Positions 1 to 5,864 of a stretch of DNA of 33,342 nucleotides are shown here, one piece after another. This DNA comes from Candidatus Omnitrophota bacterium. Lineage in GTDB: Bacteria > Omnitrophota > Gorgyraeia > Gygaellales > Profunditerraquicolaceae. A program made the position numbers and the translations under genes. A model generated the notes under the pieces. The model was not told where the DNA came from and ran no database searches. It saw only the letters and a list, made by a program, of their open reading frames with translations. Location: positions 1-33,342 of the forward strand of contig JAQUKF010000002.1 of assembly GCA_028719265.1 (NCBI GenBank), given 5' to 3'. Positions within the stretch are counted from its first letter, which is position 1. Every line of letters starts with the position of its first letter.

Positions 1-750
1 AGGCATTTCAGGGGACAGGCAGGCATATTCATCAAAGATCTGGACTCCGGACTCGAATTCTCGTACGCAAAAGATAAACCGTTCCCGTCCGCCAGCCTGC
101 CCAAGGTGCCCATTATGGCCGCCTGTTTTATCGCCGCCCGGCAGGGCAAGATCGACCTCGGGCGCAATATCGAGCTTAGATCAACGGATAAGCTCCCCGG
201 ATCGGGGGAGCTAAAGGATATGCCGGCAGGCTCGCTCTTCAGTATCAAGAAGCTCCTGGAGCTTATGATCCGCGACAGCGACAATACCGCCGCCAATATC
301 CTTACCGGGCTGCTCGGGATCGATTATCTGAATGCCTCTTTCAAATCTTTCGGGATGGAGCATACGGAATTATCCAGGAGGATAGCCGATTATGGTATGC
401 GCGACAAAGGTATAGAGAATTATACTACGGCGGACGATATGGCCGTGCTCTTGGAAAAGATTTACCGGGGGAGGCTCGGCAACAGGCGTATTTCTCAAGA
501 ATGCATGGAGACTCTCAAACTTACGCGCACGAACGACCGGATACCCAGGCTGCTTCCGGCCGGCCTGCCGGTGGCGCATAAGACAGGGCTTGAGAACGGC
601 GTATGCCATGACGCGGGCATAGTCTTTACGCCCAAAGGAAACTTTCTCATTTGCGTGTTGACCAGGCATGTGAATTCCAACAGTGGGCCTTCCAAGAGGT
701 TCATCGCCAGGATTTCGTTGTATGTATATAGATATTTCGAACAGTTATAG
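1..750 (+). CDS. Class A beta-lactamase-related serine hydrolase, 5' end outside window
   Basis: Frame 1 is open from nt 1, with no stop before the listed Met at 106. The upstream part translates to FPSASLPK (S-x-x-K, cf. TEM FPMMSTFK). RDSDNTAANIL (SDN) and AHKTG (KTG) follow. By eye there is no R-x-E-x-x-L-N omega-loop Glu, so I do not call it a true beta-lactamase. Confidence 0.8.
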   Translation, partial: RHFRGQAGIFIKDLDSGLEFSYAKDKPFPSASLPKVPIMAACFIAARQGKIDLGRNIELRSTDKLPGSGELKDMPAGSLFSIKKLLELMIRDSDNTAANILTGLLGIDYLNASFKSFGMEHTELSRRIADYGMRDKGIENYTTADDMAVLLEKIYRGRLGNRRISQECMETLKLTRTNDRIPRLLPAGLPVAHKTGLENGVCHDAGIVFTPKGNFLICVLTRHVNSNSGPSKRFIARISLYVYRYFEQL

Positions 751-766
751 CGAAAGGAGGGTGCGT

Positions 767-1402
767 ATGAAAAAAGGGTATCTTGTTGCCGCGTTCCTTG
801 TCGTTTTCTCCATGTCGGGATGCAGCTATATGCAAAAGATCAGGAAAGCCGACGATCTGGAGATCGAGAACCAGAATTTAAAGATGCGTATCGCTCAACT
901 GCAGGATGAAAAGGAAAAGGAGGTTTCGGGGCTGGAGCAGGCCAAGCGCGACCTCGAAGAATCGCTTAAAAAGGAGATCGGGGAATATAAGGCTAAATTG
1001 CAGATGACCGAACGCGGCCTGGTGATCACATTTGTTTCCGAGGTGTTCTTTGACGCGGGGAAGGACGGCATAAAGGAAGACGGGAAAGAGACGCTGGAGA
1101 AGGTTGCCGTGGTATTGAACCGGGACATTCCCGATTTAAGCATAGCCATTGAAGGACACACCGATGGCGACCCTATCAGGCATTCCAGCTGGAAATCCAA
1201 TTGGGAGCTTTCTTCGGCAAGGGCATTGGCGGTGCTGCATTATCTCATCGATAAGGGCGGCGTGCTTCCGCAGAGGCTTTCCGCCAACGGGTATGGCGAG
1301 TTTCATCCCGTGGCGCCGAACGATACCGCAGAGAACAAACAGAAGAACAGGAGGGTTGAGATAGTAGTCATTCCTTCCAGGTTAAGCAAGGCTGCGCCGT
1401 GA
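767..1402 (+). CDS. OmpA/MotB C-terminal-domain lipoprotein with N-terminal coiled coil
   Basis: ATG at 767 is preceded by GAAAGGAGGG. The listed start at 683 overlaps the upstream gene. Signal peptide MKKGYLVAAFLVVFSMSGC is lipobox-like. A heptad-like QNLKMRIAQLQDEKEKE segment follows. The OmpA-like domain reads IEGHTD...NWELSSARALAV...NRRVEIVV. Confidence 0.85.
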   Translation: MKKGYLVAAFLVVFSMSGCSYMQKIRKADDLEIENQNLKMRIAQLQDEKEKEVSGLEQAKRDLEESLKKEIGEYKAKLQMTERGLVITFVSEVFFDAGKDGIKEDGKETLEKVAVVLNRDIPDLSIAIEGHTDGDPIRHSSWKSNWELSSARALAVLHYLIDKGGVLPQRLSANGYGEFHPVAPNDTAENKQKNRRVEIVVIPSRLSKAAP

Positions 1403-1420
1403 GGAGACGGGAGAAATCAC

Positions 1421-1449
1421 TTGCAATCCCGTTGTCGAAAAGAGATAAT
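1421..1449 (+). promoter_or_regulatory. Candidate sigma70-type promoter for the small membrane protein gene
   Basis: TTGCAA (1421-1426), 17-nt spacer, GATAAT (1444-1449). GGAGG lies at 1464-1468 and the ATG at 1475. Confidence 0.5.
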
Positions 1450-1474
1450 ATAGCCATAGCGAAGGAGGTGCGGT

Positions 1475-1723
1475 ATGAATAAGTTGAATGTGAAGGCTTT
1501 TGGTCTGGCGTGCGGGGTTCTTTGGGGATGCGGCATGCTTCTCCTTGGGCTGATCGATACGGTCTCCGTTTGGGGGGATGCCTGGGGCGACGTGGCTGCA
1601 AGCGTATATCTGGGCTATACACCGACAATTTTAGGAAGCGTCATTTTGGGCATCTGGGGTTTTGTTACCGCCGGGATATGGGGGCTCATCCTGGCCAAGC
1701 TGTATAACAAATTCTCCAAGTAA
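1475..1723 (+). CDS. Small Gly/Trp-rich two-TM membrane protein, function unknown
   Basis: Strong SD (GAAGGAGG). Two hydrophobic helices (FGLACGVLWGCGMLLLGLI and ILGSVILGIWGFVTAGIWGLILA). An intrinsic terminator follows. Confidence 0.75.
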   Translation: MNKLNVKAFGLACGVLWGCGMLLLGLIDTVSVWGDAWGDVAASVYLGYTPTILGSVILGIWGFVTAGIWGLILAKLYNKFSK

Positions 1724-1745
1724 TAAGGCTTTTAAGGGTATCCGA

Positions 1746-1781
1746 CAGGGCTGAGCTTCCTAAGTTCAGCCCTGTTTGTTT
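1746..1781 (+). terminator. Rho-independent terminator
   Basis: CAGGGCTGA (1746-1754) pairs with TCAGCCCTG (1766-1774). Extra inner pairs are possible. TTTGTTT follows. Confidence 0.8.
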
Positions 1782-1845
1782 ATGCTTCTGGGGTTTGCCT
1801 CAGCAGGCAACCGGGGCAGGTTAAAAAATATTTCATGAAGGCAGG

Positions 1846-4488
1846 ATGGATACGGAGAAGAGCTTCAAAATTCTGGTTTTGAGCGGTCCTTTAAAAGGGA
1901 AAGAGTTTTCTCTTAATCCCGGCGGTTCTATATTGATAGGCAGGGGGGATGAGGCGGATATCAAGATCGCTTATGATGATTATTGCTCGAGAAGGCAGGC
2001 GGAGATCCGCCGGGAAGCGGAGTTTTGTTTTATCGAGGACTTAAACAGTACGAACGGCACATTCCTGAACAATTTCCGCTTGAGCGGTAAAGATAAATTA
2101 AGAGACGGTGATATTATCACGCTGGGCAATACCAGTTTGGCCGTTTCCGTCAAGGATGTCCAGCTTGAGTCGCCGGCGAAGGAAGACGGCGCTGCGGATT
2201 TGGTTTGCGGGATAAAAGCCGGGGATTCAATATACAGCCGTTATGAGGTGTCCCGGGTCACGGAGGGGGATGCAGAGATATCCTGCGTTTGTTATGACAA
2301 TATTAACCGTATGCCCTGCATCTTGAAGACGCTTCAAAGGAAATATCTGGCATCCGTTCAAAACCAGTCTTCTTTCGAAAAAGAGGCGCTTATCTGGGTG
2401 GGGTTGGGAAGGCATCCCTATATTGCCGGAGCCTATGCGCTTATCCGGATAGAAGAGTATCCTTTTATTGTCGTTGATTATGTCCCTTCCGACGAGGGGG
2501 GCAGGAATACCCTGAATGATTATATGCCCAGCCTGGATTTGTCCGGTATCCTCAAATATTCCATAGAGTTTTGTTACGGTATGGAACACGCTTACGCCAA
2601 AGGCCTCAAAGGCCATGGAGATATAAAGCCGGCCAACATCCTGATCGCCGCGGATAAAACCGTTAAGATAACCGGTTTCGGAAAAGCGAGGTTCCTGCAG
2701 GAAATGGAGTTCAATGAAATTTCCCCGGAAAACGAGGGTTCGCAGCTGAGTGTTTTTAAGGGCGCCAACGGAACGGTCTGCGGTACGCTTCCTTACATGG
2801 CGCCGGAGCAATTTGACGGCAATATAGACCAAATAAGCGATATCTATTCTTTCGGGGTAATTCTTTACCAGATGATATCTTCGGGAGAACTGCCTTTTAC
2901 CGGCAGCGGCAGGAATAATTATGAAAGGCTGCATAAAGAGAAAGGCGTGCCGTATTCAAGCTCTCCGCTTTCACCTGTTATCGCAAAGTGCCTGGAGAAG
3001 GATCCTGCCAAGAGGTACGCAGATTTTGCGGCAGTAAGAGCGGAACTGGAGGCCCTTTTCCTGAAAGAGACCGGGGAAAAGAGCCTTCCGTTGGAAGGGA
3101 AGAAACTGGAGGCTTCGGAGGTTTTGAATAAGGGGGTAGCCCTGTATTCTCTCGGCAGGCATGAAAGCGCGCTCGCCTGTTACGATAAAGCGATATCCAT
3201 CGATCCCCGGCAGGCCGATGCCTATTACAACCGCGGGAACGTTTATCACGAAAAGGGAGAGATAGAGAAGGCTGTTTCCGATTACAGCAAGGCCATAGAG
3301 TTAAACCCGGTATATATAAAGGCTTATTATAACCGCGCGGTTTTCTATCAGGGCAGAGATAATCTTGTCCAGGCCATCTTTGATTACAACAAAGTTATAT
3401 CCATCGATTCCCGGCAGGCCGATGCCTATTACAACCGCGGGAGGGCTTATTATACGAGAGGAGACCTTAAACAGTCTGTCTCCGACTTCTCCAAGGCTAT
3501 AGAAATAAACCCGGATTACCTTAGCGCCTATTACAACCGCGGGAAGGCTTATTATGATAAAGAGGAGCTTGATCCGGCCATCTCCGATTTTTCCAGGGTC
3601 ATAGAGACGGATCCCCGGCAGGCCGATGCCTATTACAACCGCGGGAACGCTTATTATGATAAAGGCGAGCTTAACTTAGCCGTCTCCGACTTCTCCAAGG
3701 CGATAGAGCTGAACCCCAAATATGCCGAATCCTATAATAACCGCGGCATTGCCTATCATAAAAAAGGAGAGCTTGACCAGGCGATTTCTGATTACAGCAA
3801 GGCGATAGAGCTGAACCCCAAATATGCCGAATCCTATAATAACCGCGGCATTGCCTATCATAAAAAAGGAGAGCTTGACCAGGCGATTTCTGATTACAGC
3901 AAGGCGATAGAAATTGACCCCAAGAATTCTGAGGCTTATAACAGCCGCGGCATCGCTTATCATATCAAGGGCAGGTTCGAACAGGCCATCTCCGATTTTT
4001 CCAAGGCCGTGGAACTCAATCCTTCATATTCCAGGGCATATTACAACCGCGGCAGCGCTTATTATAATAAAGATGACCTTGTGCTGGCCGTTGCCAGCTA
4101 CAGCAAGGCAATAGAATACAATCCCAAGAATTCTGAGGCTTATAACAGCCGCGGTATCGCTTATCATGCAAGGGGAAAGCTTGAATTGGCCGTTTCCGAC
4201 TTCTCCAAGGCTATAGAAATAAACCCGGATTACCTTAGCGCCTATTACAACCGCGGCAGCGTTTATTACGATAAGGACGATCCCGACCTGGCCGTCTCCG
4301 ACTTCTCCAAGGCGATAGAATTGAATCCCCAATACGCCAAGGCCTATTGCAACCGCGGGGCAGCTTATTTATTGAAGAAGAATTACGATAAAAGCTGGGA
4401 AGACGTGCATAAGGCGCAAGATCTGGGGTATAAAGTCCCTCAAGGTTTTATCAACGACTTAAAAAAGGCCTCCGGCCGGGGAGCTTGA
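1846..4488 (+). CDS. FHA domain / Ser-Thr kinase-like domain (degenerate motifs) / 13 TPR repeats
   Basis: N-terminal FHA: GRG...SRRQAEI...STNGT. Hanks-type kinase fold: CILK, HGDIKPAN, GFG, YMAPE, DIYSFG, DPAKR. Thirteen in-phase 34-aa TPR units span 3115 to 4440 (consensus AYYNRG.AY..KG.L..A..D..KAIE.NP). Confidence 0.9.
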   Translation: MDTEKSFKILVLSGPLKGKEFSLNPGGSILIGRGDEADIKIAYDDYCSRRQAEIRREAEFCFIEDLNSTNGTFLNNFRLSGKDKLRDGDIITLGNTSLAVSVKDVQLESPAKEDGAADLVCGIKAGDSIYSRYEVSRVTEGDAEISCVCYDNINRMPCILKTLQRKYLASVQNQSSFEKEALIWVGLGRHPYIAGAYALIRIEEYPFIVVDYVPSDEGGRNTLNDYMPSLDLSGILKYSIEFCYGMEHAYAKGLKGHGDIKPANILIAADKTVKITGFGKARFLQEMEFNEISPENEGSQLSVFKGANGTVCGTLPYMAPEQFDGNIDQISDIYSFGVILYQMISSGELPFTGSGRNNYERLHKEKGVPYSSSPLSPVIAKCLEKDPAKRYADFAAVRAELEALFLKETGEKSLPLEGKKLEASEVLNKGVALYSLGRHESALACYDKAISIDPRQADAYYNRGNVYHEKGEIEKAVSDYSKAIELNPVYIKAYYNRAVFYQGRDNLVQAIFDYNKVISIDSRQADAYYNRGRAYYTRGDLKQSVSDFSKAIEINPDYLSAYYNRGKAYYDKEELDPAISDFSRVIETDPRQADAYYNRGNAYYDKGELNLAVSDFSKAIELNPKYAESYNNRGIAYHKKGELDQAISDYSKAIELNPKYAESYNNRGIAYHKKGELDQAISDYSKAIEIDPKNSEAYNSRGIAYHIKGRFEQAISDFSKAVELNPSYSRAYYNRGSAYYNKDDLVLAVASYSKAIEYNPKNSEAYNSRGIAYHARGKLELAVSDFSKAIEINPDYLSAYYNRGSVYYDKDDPDLAVSDFSKAIELNPQYAKAYCNRGAAYLLKKNYDKSWEDVHKAQDLGYKVPQGFINDLKKASGRGA
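3697..3900 (+). repeat. Perfect 2 x 102-bp tandem duplication (one TPR unit) inside the TPR array
   Basis: 3697-3798 and 3799-3900 are identical base for base in my comparison. The next 11 nt (3901-3911) continue the repeat before diverging. Confidence 0.95.
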
Positions 4489-4489
4489 T

Positions 4490-4825
4490 ATGCCTGGTTT
4501 TGGCTTGGTCTATTCCACTTCCCGGGGCGCCATTTGTCCGGAGTGCGGCCAGGCAGTCGGCTGCTGCGTGTGCAAAAAGACGAAAAGCGCAGCCGTCAGT
4601 CACGCCGGCGGAGTCCGCCTGCGTTACGAGAAGGGGCGCAAGGGAAATGGGATGACTTTTATCAGCGGGTTGCTTTTAAATGAAGAGGAGTTACTGGAAC
4701 TGGCCGGCAGATTAAAGCGTTGTTTCGGCACCGGGGGATCAGTGAAGGAAGGCGTTATAGAGCTGCAGGGGGATCTTCGCCTGCGGGCAGGAGATGAGCT
4801 GCGTAAGCGGGGTTTTGTCAAATGA
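4490..4825 (+). CDS. yciH: SUI1/YciH-family translation initiation factor homologue
   Basis: LVYST...RKGNGMTFISGL...LAGRLKRCFGTGGSVKEGVIELQGD matches the YciH/eIF1 SUI1 fold pattern. There is an N-terminal CxxC...CxC cluster. The start lies 1 nt after the upstream stop. Confidence 0.85.
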   Translation: MPGFGLVYSTSRGAICPECGQAVGCCVCKKTKSAAVSHAGGVRLRYEKGRKGNGMTFISGLLLNEEELLELAGRLKRCFGTGGSVKEGVIELQGDLRLRAGDELRKRGFVK

Positions 4826-5862
4826 GGACAAGGATTCCAAGGCCATATGATACCGGCGACCGGTCAGCGGATAAACTGATAAATGATTTGATCAAGCTAT
4901 CCGTTTGCCCGGCCACAGAGGAATTGCTGCGCGAAATACTGACTACAAGTTTTAAATTGGGCAGGGAGTCGGGGGACAGGGGGGACCTTAAACTCGTAAA
5001 CAACGCCTTGAAGGAATTACGTTATTCTTTCAAGATCTTTTCCCCTTACAGGGATTTCAAGAAAGTGATTATTTTCGGCTCTGCCCGTTCAAAAATAAAG
5101 TCGGGTGAATACAGGATGGCCGAAGAATTTTCACGCAGGCTTTCCTCAAAAGGTTACATGGTGGTAACCGGAGGCGGGCCCGGCGTGATGGAGGCGGGCA
5201 ATAAGGGAGCGCTGCAGGGCAAGGATTTTGCTTTGAATATCCGGCTGCCTTTTGAACAGAAGCCAAATCCCTATGTTGACGAAAAAGACAGGCTGATCAA
5301 TTTCAAATATTTCTTTACCAGAAAGCTTGTTTTCGTAAAAGAGACCGACGCCACCGCGCTTTTTCCCGGAGGTTTCGGCACCCTCGATGAGGGTTTTGAG
5401 ATGATCACGTTGATGCAGACCGGCAAGGCCAGGCCCCGTCCGATAGTATTGATGGAACCGAAGGGATCGGATTACTGGAGCTCCTGGATGCGTTTTGTAA
5501 AAATACAGCTGATTAAAAACGGTTTCATTAAAGATGAGGATTTAAACCTGGTGCATATCGCAGGATCGGTCGATGCGGCCGTAAAATACATAGAGAGGTT
5601 TTACAGGGTTTATCATTCCATAAGGTATGTTTCGGGTTCGGCGATATTAAGGCTTAACAGGGAGGTCTCCGGCAGGACGTTGAGATCCATAAACAGGGAG
5701 TTCAAGGATATCCTGACCGGCGGTATAATACGTCCATGTCCGCCGGCGGATAAAGAGGTACAGGGGGAGGAATTCCTTGATTTGCCGCGGCTGGGCATGA
5801 ATTTTAACATGCGCGATTACGGCCGCTTATGCCAGATGATACATGTCATCAACAGTGATTAA
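4822..5862 (+). CDS. Long LOG/TIGR00730-family (PpnN-like) Rossmann-fold protein
   Basis: IFGSAR, VVTGGGPGVMEAGNKGA and PGGFGTLDE motifs. About 80 aa N-terminal and 100 aa C-terminal extensions of unknown function. ATGA overlap with yciH. Confidence 0.8.
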   Translation: MRTRIPRPYDTGDRSADKLINDLIKLSVCPATEELLREILTTSFKLGRESGDRGDLKLVNNALKELRYSFKIFSPYRDFKKVIIFGSARSKIKSGEYRMAEEFSRRLSSKGYMVVTGGGPGVMEAGNKGALQGKDFALNIRLPFEQKPNPYVDEKDRLINFKYFFTRKLVFVKETDATALFPGGFGTLDEGFEMITLMQTGKARPRPIVLMEPKGSDYWSSWMRFVKIQLIKNGFIKDEDLNLVHIAGSVDAAVKYIERFYRVYHSIRYVSGSAILRLNREVSGRTLRSINREFKDILTGGIIRPCPPADKEVQGEEFLDLPRLGMNFNMRDYGRLCQMIHVINSD

Positions 5863-5864
5863 CG

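Noticed and set aside
1-750. Calling the first gene an antibiotic-resistance beta-lactamase.
   Set aside because: It has SxxK, SDN and KTG, but I cannot place the omega-loop Glu166/Asn170 equivalents. It is also truncated at the window edge. The safer call is a beta-lactamase-related serine hydrolase.
1466-1481. 16-nt identity AGGTGCGGTATGAATA shared with 17845-17860, and a similar GGTGCGTATGAA at 761-772.
   Set aside because: The match is short, consists of SD plus start-codon context, and is not far from chance expectation for a 33-kb window. It gives no evidence of a mobile or regulatory element.
1835-1882. 15-codon uORF (MKAGWIRRRASKFWF) overlapping the kinase-like gene start.
   Set aside because: It has no SD of its own, and such short out-of-frame ORFs are expected by chance. 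It cannot be supported from sequence alone.
2227-2934. 235-aa antisense ORF in the kinase domain. The same applies to the antisense ORFs at 15662-16350, 26051-27002 and 31783-32391.
   Set aside because: They are shadows of well-supported sense genes in a moderate-GC genome. None has a motif or an RBS.
3115-4440. Regular 102-nt periodic repeats that could superficially resemble a CRISPR or satellite array.
   Set aside because: All units are in frame in one long ORF and encode canonical 34-aa TPR repeats. There is no repeat/spacer alternation and no cas genes.
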